Program-made: the position numbers and the translations under genes
Notes under the pieces: generated by a model
Database searches by the model: none
Told to the model about the DNA's origin: nothing
The model's input: only the letters and a program-made list of their open reading frames with translations
Shown: piece after piece, positions 1 to 11,899 of the stretch
Layout of the letters: each line of letters begins with the position of its first letter
Numbering within the stretch: the stretch's first letter is position 1
Origin: Camelus dromedarius
Taxonomy: Eukaryota
Reading direction: 5' to 3'
Length of the DNA stretch: 64,000 nt
NCBI RefSeq assembly: GCF_036321535.1
Contig: NC_087436.1
Span: forward strand, 20,214,001-20,278,000

Positions 1-32
1 AGCCAGTTGTTAGACTTACCAGCACACCATTG
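1..32 (+). mobile_element. 3' terminus of MER63-type hAT (Blackjack) DNA transposon, truncated by window edge
   Basis: agccagttgttagacttaccagcacaccattg resembles recalled MER63 end (...gccggttgttaaacatttaccagcacaccactg). Confidence 0.6.
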
Positions 33-355
33 AATATTGGATAGGTAGCCAGAAATCCCTGCCACAGAAGGCTTTTCATCTTCCTTGTTACATTTATCAC
101 TTATATGTGCCCATAATAGTTGAGGCTTGTGAACACTTAGGCAGGTAATCTTTTGATGTACTGGTATATTAATTATCCCTCTCTCGTTAGTCCATAAAGA
201 GACATATTTATTTATACTGGGTTTTAGAATTTCCCCAGAGATTGTACAAGTTGCTCTTTAGTATTAAGTTAGGGATGTCATGAAACAGTTGTAAATTTCT
301 GTTCTAGAACTTGAAAAAGTTTTAGGTAAAAATATTTTGTTCTGGTAAGACTCTT

Positions 356-484
356 TTTTTTAAATTATTTTTTGGGGTGGGGTGGGGTAGGTAATTAGTT
401 TATTTCTTAATGGAGGTACTGGGGATTGAACCCAGGACCTTCTGATGTTAAGTACACACTCTACCACTGAGCTGTCCCCTCCCC
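356..484 (-). mobile_element. tRNA-derived SINE, Vic-1-like (camelid)
   Basis: Reverse complement has A box agctcagtgg, B box ggttcaatcc, A-rich tail with ctaattacc motif; TSD t(c/t)tggta(a/t)gactctt at 341-355 and 485-499. Confidence 0.9.
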
Positions 485-620
485 TTTGGTATGACTCTTA
501 TATGTGCAGAAACAGCAGTTATGTTTTGTATTTGAGGCAATTGTTATATCAAGCTGTTGCTAAGACAGACCAGCCTTTCTAAGATAAGGTGTAACTTTAC
601 TGAAATATAAAAACTTCTTT

Positions 621-870
621 GGCGGGGGGGGAGGGATAGATTAGGAGTTTGGGATTAATAGATAAACATTACTATATATAAAATCAATAAAGACAAGGAT
701 CTACTGTAGAACACAGGGAACTATTTTCAATTTATTGTCATTAGCTATAATGGAAAATAATCTGAAAAAATATGTATGTATGTATATGTATAACTGAATC
801 ACTTTGCTGTACACATGAAACTAATATTGTAAATCGACCACACTTCAATAAAAAATAAGAATTAAAAAAA
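621..870 (+). mobile_element. Young 5'-truncated L1 3'UTR (cetartiodactyl/camelid type)
   Basis: cacagggaacta...tgaatcactttgctgtacac...aataaa + A tail; TSD aaaaa(c/a)ttcttt on both sides. Confidence 0.9.
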
Positions 871-2130
871 ATTCTTTAAAATAATTTCTTCTTCCAAACT
901 TTATTCCTAGGAAAAGAAGAAAGTGGAACATTTTCTTCTCCTGATTATAAGGAGGAACTAATGGTTCTTCACTCTTAAGGAGGAGAGTCCTAGGTAGATC
1001 TTTTTTGATTTCTTCCGAACACAACCAGGCACTTAAAAACCCAGCACTGTTAAGAACAAAGAATGCCTTCCCTTTGATTTAGAGGGAGGGAATAAGAAAA
1101 AAATGATTTCAGGAGCTGAGCCAGGAACTGAAAAGTAAATCTCAAGGGCTTATAAACATGACCTCACCTAAGGGGTTTTGCCTCCAAAATAGGGTATTTA
1201 GAAATGAGTGCTAGAAATAAAGTCACATATAAATCTGAGTTGCCAAATGTATCCTTAGATTTTTCTTTTTCTTTTTCTCGTGATAAACTGACAAGACTGA
1301 CAAAGAGAAGCCTTTGAAATTTTGCACTGAACTTTCCTTTAACTTTTTATTTCTTTGGATAATATCTTTTATGACCTGAATTTTTAGTGTTGTTTTGTGA
1401 CCTTTAAAATTCATTGTATAAATATAGTAAATCCTTTGTCCAAAAGATATTTCTTTAAAAAAATCTTGCTTTGCATGATTTACTTTAGCTAATGTCATCT
1501 AATTAGCAGTGGTGATAAAAATCTCTCTTGGAAATAAAAGCACTGATTAGCAGCGATTGATCTCTAAGGCTTGGGCTTCCAACTGAATCAGTCTCACTTG
1601 AGGCACTGCCTGTTTGGGGGGGTTAGAGGATGGTTGATAAATAACACTTACTTCGTCTCCTGAATATAGAGACAAATAATAACCAAACCCAGAACTCAGG
1701 CAGAAGGAACTCCAAACATCACCTTTATTATCTATAAAGTAGATCAGAATATTTAGCCATAGGTCTGTGACCAAATTAGCTTGCTAATACTTTACCTCCA
1801 AATTAGAAAGTCTAGGCACTAGCACAGGCTGCAATTTATTTGTACAGCCGTCGATGAAAAGGGTCACTGGCTCACAGAGAACACCCTTCTCCTGGTTTCC
1901 TAAAAGATTCTTCCCCCTCTACATTAGCATATACCCTGTGTTATCTCATCTTTCAAAAGAAAAGCTAACGTTGCACTTTTCCACTTGAGACAGGTGATTG
2001 GGTTGGTTTTTTGTTTTCTTTTTTTTTTTTTTTCCAGTTAACTCAGGGATACTCCACTTTGCCTAAATAAAGCTCCCTAAAGTTTGCATTTCCTTGTTAA
2101 GGAGCTCAGATTCAAATTGTGTTCATTTCA

Positions 2131-2290
2131 ACAAGGTCCTATTTCATAGCACAGGGAACTTTATCAATATCTTATAATAGCCTATAATGAAAAAGAATAT
2201 GAAAAGGAATATATATATGTATAACTGAACCACTGTGCTGTACGCCAGAAACTAACACAACATTGTGAACTGACCATACTTCAATAAAAG
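2131..2290 (+). mobile_element. Young L1 3'UTR fragment
   Basis: Same tail motif (acaaggtcct...gcacagggaact...tacttcaataaaa) as other copies. Confidence 0.88.
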
Positions 2291-2461
2291 AAGTCCACTT
2301 CAATGTTTCTGCAGTTGTATTGATTCTCCAAGGTCATCACTATTAAATTGAAATGCTTTGTTTAAAGCCAAAGGAGAGAAAATAAAAGGTAAAAAGATGT
2401 GAAAATTTATATAGCAGGTCCTTGCAAAAGGCAAAGAACAATATTAACATAGTCAGAAAAT

Positions 2462-3100
2462 ATAGATTGAGTGGCTACCATATGCTGGGCATTGTTTAAG
2501 GTACTGGGGTTACCACAGCGAACAAAGAGCTTTTCCTTTCAGTTGGCACATATTTTAATTGGGGAGATAGACAATGAACAAAGGAATACAGGATAAGATG
2601 TGATCATTTAAACTATGAGGACAGTAAGACAGGGCGATGGGAGTGACTGACTTCGGGGAGTGGGCAGCTTCTGTTTTAGGCAGGGAAGCCAGAGAAGGCC
2701 TTTTTGAGGGAAGAGCTTTGAGCCAAGATGTGGACAATGAGAAGGAAGCTGAAGAAGTTACAGATTGTCATTGCAGACCTTCACAAAGACTTTGGAGTTT
2801 TTTCTAACTGTCACAGGGAGTCACTGAATGGTTAAAAGCAGGGGAGAAAGAGGATTTGAGCTACATTTTCCTGGCTTCTCTGCAGAAAAGTGGGAACTAC
2901 AGAAAGATCAAGAGTGAAAGCAGGTAGGTCAGTTAGGAGGCTACTACATCAGTCCCAAGAGAAGACAGGGCCTTGGACTTGGCAGTAGTGATATGATGAC
3001 CCAAAGACGGTAGAATGCTGTAGCAAGGATGAATGCTTCTTTTACTGTAAGTGTCAAGGGGATAAGGATCAGGCCAGAGAACGTTGCCTTTTCATGGTGA
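2462..3100 (-). mobile_element. L2 LINE relic
   Basis: attgagtggctaccatatgctgggcattg...; ggcagggaagccagagaaggcctttttgagg; typical antisense L2 3' region. Confidence 0.7.
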
Positions 3101-3189
3101 CTTGAGTTTCTATAAATTTCAGGAAATATATACATTTTTAAAGATGTTTATGACATGTTTATATTTTCCAATCATACTTTCAACAACCT

Positions 3190-3720
3190 CAAGAGTCTTC
3201 TCTTCAAAAATGAAGAGTTACAGCATTTCTGTGCCATCAACACCTTTTTTTCCCTCCCATTCTAACTCTTTCCCTGTATGGCTCCTTCCCGCAAACAGTA
3301 AACATGCTGTGCTATTTTCTATTCTAAAATCATATTTGCACAAGCATTCATACGTGTATAAAACAAAGCCACAAAATAAAACCCTTCTTGTTTCCAAATA
3401 CTTACCTAGTTATACCTTTGTGTCCCTTCTTGTCCAAATTCCTCAAAGAGCAGTTTATACTTCCTACTGTATAATTTTCTCACATTCACCCAGTGACCCA
3501 CTGTAATCTGATCTCAGTTTGCACCATGACACTGAAACTATTCTTGCTAAGCGAGGCCACTGCATACTGCTGGTAGGTTGTGTATCTACATCTTAGCCCT
3601 GGTTACGATTTCATGGACCTTCATATTGCCAGGTCCAATGAATACTTTAATGTCTTCTCTTGGGTGGCTCAGATGCATTGGGGGCTACTAGTCATTCCTT
3701 CATTCTCAAAGCCTTTGACT
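3190..3720 (+). mobile_element. L2 relic (left part, interrupted by L1MC)
   Basis: cactgaaactattcttgctaag, ccaatgaatactttaatgtc L2-type motifs; resumes at 5914. Confidence 0.6.
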
Positions 3721-5900
3721 TTGTAAAAGACTGGAAACAACCCAAATATCCATTTCTAGAGGGCTAGTTGAATTAGCATAATGGAATACTTTGGAGCTGT
3801 AATAAGGAATCAGGGCTATTTTCTATATGCTGCATGGGGTAATTGCCAGGTTATTTTGTGAAGTGAAAGAGTAAGGTAGAGAAAAGTATGTATAGTATAT
3901 TATCATCTATTTCAAGAAAGTACAGAGATATGAATATCTATCTATCTATCTATCTATCTATATTTGCTCATAGCAAAGCAATAATACAAGGATAAACCAA
4001 AACTTTTTTTTTTAAGTTACGTATAAGGGAGACAGAGGATAAATCGGAGAAAACAGAGATGGAAGCTAGATTTCTCTGAAAATACTCTATTTGTAAAATT
4101 GACTTTGGAACCATGGAAATGTTTTACCAAGTTACAAAGCAAAAGTAATTTTTAAAAAGAATCAATAAGAACTAAAATCAAAATGAAACAAATGAACCTA
4201 ACTATAAATCAGGACTATAACATAAACACACAGAGGTGAATTATTTCAAATGACAAAAAATATAGCAATTGGATTGTATATCCTTATTGGGATATAATTT
4301 AAGGACAAAAAGAGCTAAACAAAATCTTCAGCTATTTTCAGTAGTCATGTTATTAGTAATAATATTGGGCAGTTTTATTCTGGAATTATCATAAAATATA
4401 TTTAAAAAGTAATTGTTTTAACATTGTTGCAAACCAAGATTTTCAGTGTAAGAGAAAAGCAATACAAATACTAATTTAATTAAAGATGCTTAATCGAGTT
4501 TAGAAATGGGATTATCAATCTGAACTCATGGTGCATTTTGTCTAAAAATACATATTCCCTGGCTTTTTTGAGGAAGAAGTCCTAAAAATAATTACCAAAT
4601 GCAACAGCAATGAGCATCTTCAGCACCCAGATTGTGGTCTTTGGATACCATTACCCCTTAAAAGTTTTTTCTCTTTTTTGAGCAATAACTGAATCTAGAT
4701 CTGGAACAACAAATGTATGAAATGACAATAAAACATTTTGTCATACCAGAATGCAAGAAAGCTAGCAATTGCTACCGGAGTTATTTCAGAAAACTCAGGA
4801 ACCAAATTTTTAAAGTCCCTATGGGCCAAAGATGGGGCAATTTGTACATTAATCATAACTGCAATACATTGAAACATGTAAAATATTTAAATAAATGATG
4901 TAATAATACTTTGAAAGCATTCCCCATGAAATGCTAGGGAATCACATTATTATATTGAAAAATAGTGAATAAAAAGAAAAGATGAAGCATTCTTTTCTGC
5001 CTTTCTCGTATAACCAGACCACAGGGTGGTCATGTAGTAGACATGGGAAAGTTTCTCTTTATAAAAGTATTTCAATTAATAAATGGAAAAAAAGGAATAC
5101 ATGAAAAAAAAGATAGAATCAGAATTTTTTGGTAATCCCTGATGAAATAATGTTATCTAGATAATGATCATCAGTGATTGCTCCGTCACAAAAAGAGATA
5201 GAGAACCAGAAATGCACAAGACCGCCTATAAAGCTATTCCTGTCAAAAGATGGAACCTAAATTAGTCAAGCCTCACCTCTAGATCTAAATTACCAATACA
5301 CAGGAAATAAAGTAGATAAAAGAATATATTTAATGACACAATGAGAACACATTCAGCAAAATCTAGAATGTGGAGAATTCTACAGGACCCAGTTTGTTCA
5401 ATAAATAATAAGTAGCCAAGGAAAAAATTAGGGGAGTAGAGTGGACACTTGTAGATTAAAGAGAGCTAAGAGATATATCAACTAATTGCATTGTTTGGAC
5501 TTTATTTGTCTCTTGCTTCAATTAAAAAAAAATTGTAAAACCAAAAAAAATTATAAGACAGTTGAGGAATTTTGGATATTGACTGAAAATTTGATGACGT
5601 TATGGAATTGATGGTCTTCAGTGAGATAATGGTATTACTGGGCTATTTTTTGAAAGAGGTCTTATCTTTTAGAGAAGTATAGTGAAACATTTGCTAATAA
5701 ACTAATATGATGCCTATTATTTGTTTAAAAAATAATATGGTTTAGTTGGCAGGAGGGAGAGGGTGGAGATGCAAGTAAAATAAAAGTGACTGTGAGTTGG
5801 CCATTATTGACGGCTATATGAGAAATCATTGTGTTATTCTTTCCACTCTTTTTTTATGTTTAAAATTTTATATAATAAAAAGTAAAACAACCAAACAACA
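3721..5900 (+). mobile_element. Old L1M (L1MC-like) ORF2 end plus long 3'UTR
   Basis: aaaagactggaaacaacccaaatatcc ORF2 end; gcaatgagcatcttcagcacccagattgtgg; ends tataataaaaagtaaaa; TSD aaagcc(t/c)ttg(a/g)ct at 3708-3720 and 5901-5913. Confidence 0.8.
3937..3961 (+). repeat. (TCTA)n microsatellite
   Basis: About 6 tandem tcta units. Confidence 0.9.
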
Positions 5901-5913
5901 AAAGCCCTTGGCT

Positions 5914-6405
5914 CCCATGACAGTGCACTCCCCCAGTTCTCTTCTACGTCTCCGACCATCTCCTTTGTCCGTCTTTCCCGTGCTCCCTCTTCTTGATCTG
6001 ATCCATAAAACGTGATGCTTCACTCTTCTCCCTCCACCTGCTCCCCTTGAGCAATTTCATTCAGCAATATATGACTACATCCCAAATATCCACCTGCCAG
6101 TGGGTTCCAAACTGGTATCTCCGGCCCAGAGCTCTCACTCTCTGGGCTTTGGATTCACACATCCCACTGTCTAATGATTTTATTCTCCTGGAACTCTCAC
6201 ACATTCTTCAAATGCAACATATCTAAAACAGATCACCATCTCCACCCCAAAGCTGCCCTTCGTCCTGTAATATCTGTCGTTACTCATGGCATCGCTCATA
6301 GTCATCCAAGGTAGGAACCTGGGAGTCAGTCTTTTTTCTGTCTTACCCCTATATCATCAGGGAATGTTCATTTTATCTCCTGAGTATTTCCTGAATTTAT
6401 TATCC
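5914..6405 (+). mobile_element. L2 relic (continuation)
   Basis: cttcaaatgcaacatatctaaaac, ccaaggtaggaacctgggagtca L2-type motifs. Confidence 0.7.
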
Positions 6406-6538
6406 ACTTAGTTTATTCAGTGAATGTTTTTGAGCACTTGCTACATGCCAGACTAGTCCAGGTGGTAGAAATACCGAATTAAATACACTAGACAAAAATC
6501 TCTGCTCTCTTAAAGCTTAGACTCTAGGTCTAGATTTT

Positions 6539-6603
6539 TTTTTAATTGAAAATCATTTATTATTGGCACAGAAAGCTTTATGTTGAAAATAATAACAGTA
6601 AAA
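6539..6603 (-). pseudogene. Tiny polyadenylated retro-insertion of unknown source
   Basis: Minus strand AATAAA (6556-6561), A tail about 12 nt downstream, TSD ctagatttt at 6530-6538 and 6604-6612. Confidence 0.6.
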
Positions 6604-6734
6604 CTAGATTTTACTTTATTTCCTAAATTCCTGGATTCCTGATATTTCGTATTTCCCAAATTTCCAAAATGACTGATATTAGCCTCTTAAGTGGTCTCTA
6701 GCCTTGCCCCCTTCAAATACATCCTCCAAAATGC

Positions 6735-6927
6735 CAGTGGAGTTCTCCACGTGCGGTGCCTGCAGCCGCAGCAGCGTCACTTGGAACTGGTTGGAAATGC
6801 AAGTTCTCGGGCCTCACATCAAGCCTATGGGATGAGAAACACAGGGCATGGGGCCCAGCCATATGTTTTAAAAGCCCTCCTGTGATGCTGTTGCCCATGT
6901 GCGCATGCCCAAGTCTGAGATCCACTG
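6735..6927. mobile_element. MER5A-type hAT-Charlie MITE
   Basis: cagtgg...cacttggaactggttggaaatgcaagttctcgggcc...aagtctgagatccactg termini and core. Confidence 0.8.
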
Positions 6928-7225
6928 CTCTGAAAAACCATGGGAGAGATGCAAGTAAATGTAAGCCTGGCCATGTTGTTTCTCAGCTCACAGCCTTTCT
7001 GTAGAATCTCCCTGAAAACAGAGAAAAGCCCAGGCTCCTTAGGAAGGTACAGAGACCTCTCCATGAGCTGGCTTCTGCCTACCTCACCTCACCTCAATCA
7101 TCATCTTTATGCTCATTTATCATTTAAGGCCTCCTTCTGCACTGACTTCCTCTAGGAAGATTTCCCTCATTGTTAACTCCACCCCAGTCCAAAGCCGTAT
7201 GTCTGTGTTTTTTATAATACTGTTT

Positions 7226-7326
7226 GTGTGTCCTTCATTTGCATGTCCACCATTTGCGTGTGCATCATTTGCATGTCCACCATTCGCGTGTACACCATTT
7301 GCATGTGTACCATTTGCATGTCCATT
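7226..7326 (+). repeat. 15-bp minisatellite (ccatttgcatgtNca)n, about 6.5 copies
   Basis: Units start every 15 bp; ATTTGCAT at 7237, 7267, 7297, 7312. Confidence 0.9.
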
Positions 7327-7344
7327 GTTGTATATACCACACGT

Positions 7345-7665
7345 AAGTGGAGTACTTCAAGGGCTCTGGAGCCAGATTAGCCATGTGGACTTGGGCAAGA
7401 AACTCACACTCTTTGCTTCTTCATCTATGAAATGGATTCATAAGTCCTCCAACATCAGATTGTGAGAATTGTGCTTAGTGCTGGCTGGCGCTTGGTAAGA
7501 GCTCACTGTTACCTATTTTATGAATCAGTTTTGTTTGAGCATCTCCTCCCCGGATTATGAGCTGCTACAAGGCAAGTGCCTGGGTGTTACTCAGCAATGT
7601 GTTCAAAAGACCTAGGACAGCATCTGCCACCTAACAGGTACTCAATACGTATTTGTCTATGAAGT
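7345..7665 (+). mobile_element. MIR relic followed by L2 3' end
   Basis: ggctctggagccagat...ttgggcaag...tcatctatgaaatgg (MIR core); caggtactcaatacgtatttg (L2 end). Confidence 0.7.
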
Positions 7666-8362
7666 AATTTCCCAAGTGTTACTTTAAATTCAGATAGAAG
7701 ACTCAATAGTTGGGCCCTAGGTCTCTGTTGTTAAATAGTCAATATATTGTTTATAGTGAAACACTTATAATAAAGTAATACACAGAATCAAACCTGAAAA
7801 ATATGACAAATACATGCTCTAATTTAGTTGACTTTATTCTATTTATGTTTCCTTAATGTCAATAATGGTAATTCTGTAAAACAGTCTCTCTGCTGGTTTA
7901 TTCTTTTGGCAAAATTGCTTTTCACACATTTAAATGATCCTTTCACAACAAGGAAATGCAGGGAAATTGTAAAACGTTGTTGCTGCTAGATTTTACCTCT
8001 ACTTTTACAGTAGTGAGAACCCCAGCCCTGCATGAGTAAATTTTCTAAATGTGTTTGTTTTTCCACTCAAGATTTCTGGAGCCTGTAGTTCTTTCAGTCT
8101 CTCAAACTCACATGCTTTGAAATTCTCACTTTTGCAGACAGCCTTCCCCTTTTGTGTGAATTAGGTGTAAACTTTTCAGGCCAGAGAAACCCTAGGCCTT
8201 TTCAAAATTCTACATTTTTTCAAAATGTATTCCCCATGTTACAGGCAGCAAGACACAAATGATTTACTAGATTATTCTCAATATTTGCATAAGGAAAAAA
8301 TATGGTACAAAGTCCCAGAAAACCTGCAAAAATAGTTTCCTAACAAGGTAACATTTTTTTAA

Positions 8363-8476
8363 GATATGCATTTTTATTGAAGTATAGTCAGTTTAAACAA
8401 TATTGTATCAATTTCTGGTGTACGGCACAGTGCTTCAGTCATACATGAGCATACATATATTCATTCTCACATTCTG
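8363..8476 (-). mobile_element. Young L1 3' tail
   Basis: tttattgaagtatagtcagttt...tttctggtgtacggcacagtgcttcagtcatacatg is the reverse complement of the L1 tail variant at 9460. Confidence 0.88.
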
Positions 8477-8572
8477 TGTCTTTTTTTTTCTTCTATGGAG
8501 GTACTGGGGTTTAAACCCAGGACCTCCGGCATGCTAAGCATGCTCTCTACCATTGAGTTATACACGCCCCCT
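8477..8572 (-). mobile_element. Vic-1-like SINE joined to the L1 tail
   Basis: ggaggtactggggtttaaacccaggacctccggcatgctaagcatgctctctaccattgag. Confidence 0.88.
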
Positions 8573-9458
8573 CATTTTTTTAAATCAATGATAAAATATT
8601 CTTCTTTCCCAGAGAGTAGAGGCTACCCTGACCTTTTCAGTCACTCTGGGGGAAATCAAATCATTAACGCACGTCCAGTCCAGCCCCAATCATCCTTGGA
8701 TAAGTAACATCTTACCGTCGTCCCACTTCTTCTCACATAGTCTAGACATCATAACATGACTTAGACCTCAAGCCTCCCTGACAGTGTGGTTCCTAAAATT
8801 ACAGAGAGAACGCTGAAAACATCTTTCCCCACCTACTCTATTACTTCCTGGACACACATTGCTCAACGCCGGCTAACCCACAAAGGGAGGAAAATATACA
8901 ATCTGGAATAGGTCTTAAGGTGTTGTCTCCTTTGTCTGTCATCTTTAATGTGCTGTAATATCTGGCATCGGGCCCAGAAAATTGAGATTTACTTTCCCTT
9001 CTTTGAAGCTCTCTATTTCCTCTTGGTAGGGACACTTATCAGCAAGCAAATGTTCTTTGGCTCAATTTAGCTCAGAGGGACCTAGATGGAAGCCCTCCAT
9101 CACACAAGCTTTCTCCCTGGTGTATTTGTATTAATGTGTTCCTTCCTCCCACCAATCCTTTCTGAGGAACTTCTCCCTCCCAACGAGTGTTTTCAATGGA
9201 CAGAAATGAACCCTCATCAATCTTCAATCCTCCATAGTCGTGTTTGGATACTTTCATGTCCGTTAGCTCAGTAGATTCATTTGCTTGTTTAATAAATATT
9301 TACTGAGCTTCTATCTGGCCCTCTTATAGGTCAATAAGCAACGTGGAACTCTTGCTTTCACGGAACAGCCAACCTAGGGGATCCTGCAAATGTCCTGTGA
9401 GCTGGTCTCAAACAGACAGCATGCTGGGATGTAAGGAAGAAGCAGCAGAACCGACTAA

Positions 9459-9632
9459 TGCTGTACAGCACAGGGAACTGTACTCAATATCTTGTAGTAA
9501 CCTACAAAGAAAAAGGATATGAAAAGGAACATATGCATGTTCATGTATGACTGAAGCATTGTGCTGTACACCAGAAATTGACACAACACTGTAAACTGAC
9601 TATACTTTAATAATAATAATAATAATATAAAA
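9459..9632 (+). mobile_element. Young L1 3'UTR with (TAA)n tail
   Basis: gtacagcacagggaactg...actgactatact; approximate TSD agaacc(a)gact. Confidence 0.88.
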
Positions 9633-10684
9633 AGAACCAGACTCCTACATGCAGATTTCCTGTTCTCAAAGCTCTCATTACTCCCCTCCAAGGCTGTTTT
9701 TCTCAGTGATAGGTTATATGCTTTGCTTCTTATATTCCCAGAAACATTGGGCTTAACTGCAGGTGTTACGGGAATACACTTAAGAAATTTTGAGAAAGAC
9801 GGTGAGGGAAATGACTCACTTTATAGAAATCCATGTCAGTGGGGTATCTGGAATGATCCACGTTACTAGCTTGGAGGGCGAACACGATCACCTCACTTTT
9901 CTTTGTTCAGTTTATTGCTCGGGTGCCCACCAGCCCTCAGTGACAGGAAGTCTCTTTATTTCCCAAAGCTTCCCCCAACCAACCTACTTGGGTAGGAACA
10001 CTAGGGACTCAGTTCAAAAAAAGAGTGGTCCTGTTGCAAAAAGCCAGGAAGAGAGAGAAAACCAGGAAGGGTGAACAGTCCACTGACGCCAGGGCTTGGG
10101 TCTCTGCCACGTGAGGTTACAGGGGGTCGTGCATGTTCTGATGGCAGGAAATTTGTTCACGGTGGTTACAATACTGCTATTGATTCAGCCCTTTTCTTCC
10201 CATCACCTGGGCAGTGTCCCCTTGAGCTCTGAGGATGCTCTTTTAGATCACACTCACACTCAGCCATTTCCCCCTAAGGCTTCGCACAGTGCCAAGTGGC
10301 CACGCTGGAGAAGAAAGCAGACCCAGCCTCCTGTTGTGCTGGAGTAAGTCTTCCCCATGGGGCCGGGCTCACCCCCGGGTGCACCTTTGCCTGCATGGGA
10401 CCACCTGGGCACAGCCCAACAAGGGATCTCCCCATTGCATGTAAAAAGGGGGAAAGCACATGTTGCTAAGCAACAAACACACCCATTTTACATACTTACA
10501 CCTACACGCAAACTTTCACTGCCGAGGATGGCCTGTCTGTCTCACATTTTCATAGCTTAGTGGGTCTTTTAAATCCTCCTGTACAATGAAGCAATATCTT
10601 CCCAGGAACTATTCTCAAATTCTTAGAGGCCCAAGGTTACTACATTTATGTTTGATAATAGATACAGATGTAATCTGATGAGTA

Positions 10685-10902
10685 AAAATAACCAATATTT
10701 ATTGAGTGCTGACCATATGCCAGGCACTCAGCTAAATGTTTTACATGCAGCATCACAATTAATTCTCATGAGACTTTATGTGGCAGTTATCCCCATTTAA
10801 GGTTAAGTGACTTGCCCGAGACTATCCAACACGAAGAGGTGAAGCCAGGATTCATATCCACGCATCCTGGCCTCAGAGCACACACTCCTAATGACTTCAC
10901 TG
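10685..10902 (-). mobile_element. MIR SINE
   Basis: tttattgagtgctgaccatatgccaggcact...ggttaagtgacttgcccgag...gaagccaggattc. Confidence 0.8.
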
Positions 10903-11899
10903 TAAAGGGCTTTTTGTTCCAGCAGTGATTTCAGTTGAGTGGTCTACCCTTGATGCCTCCTTTTCACCATCACCCATCTTTTCTTAATTCCTCAAACCTG
11001 ATGTCCCCCATAGCCCACTGACGCTGTTCCTGAAAGTGTCAAATTACTCTTTTCTTATCAGTTCCAATGGCGTTATAATTTGTGCCATGATGTTTTCACT
11101 ATACACTGGGTTAGAACTTAGACGCTATTTTGTCTTCTGTCCTATCTCTTAAAGCTCCAAGGACAGGGACTTTATATCCTCGGGTCCAGAACTAAATGCT
11201 GAGCATCACAGAATGCAGCCTCAACTATTTGTTTTTCCTCCTTGTGACAATATTTTGAAAGTCTTAAAATTTTTAAATTATAGAAGAAGTTATGCACATT
11301 TGAAATTCTATAATAGAAATATATAGAGTACTAAGTGAGAGATATCTTCTTTTCCTTCTTATTTTTCAGGGATAGATTGTTTAAAATTGTGGCTTTGACA
11401 CAGTTTGTTAAAAATTGTGAATATTTTTAATTATAAAAGAAATATAAACTCATGATTAAAGAAACTGAAAATTTTCCAATTATACAGAAGAATATGCAAA
11501 AATAAAGTCTCCCCAAGTCCTACTTGTCAGAGGAAGCTGCTCTTGAAAGTTTACTACTGTAAAAGCTCCAGAAGTTTTCTATATCTACAAGCTTTTTGTG
11601 TTTTGTTTTTGTTATCAGCGGGAATAGAATCAGGGCATGCACTGTGATCTCCCCCAGTCCAGGTACCCCTAAGACATCTGCTGCCTTTGACACTGTCACA
11701 CAGTCTTTTTTCCCCATTCTAGCCACTCATTTTCTAGGCACTATTCAATCTTTTTCCTCTTTTTCAGACTACCTCTTTCTGACTCCAGAGTATCTGGGAT
11801 CTCTGCTCTTTCTCTGAATATCTTCATCCTCAGAGAGATCCTCCATTCTCTGAGCAGGCTGCCATCTTCTCTCACTCTGTTCTCTTGCTTCCTTTTAGA

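Noticed and set aside
410..484. tRNA gene (and similar copies elsewhere)
   Set aside because: A/B boxes are present, but most copies have SINE tails, several have TSDs, and they carry scattered substitutions; these are tRNA-derived SINEs
911..992. Plus-strand exon after good acceptor at 910
   Set aside because: Both frames I translated hit stops, the donor is weak and the peptides are unrecognised
7109..7465. ORF with PPFAC repeats
   Set aside because: Artefact of the 15-bp minisatellite flanked by L2/MIR sequence
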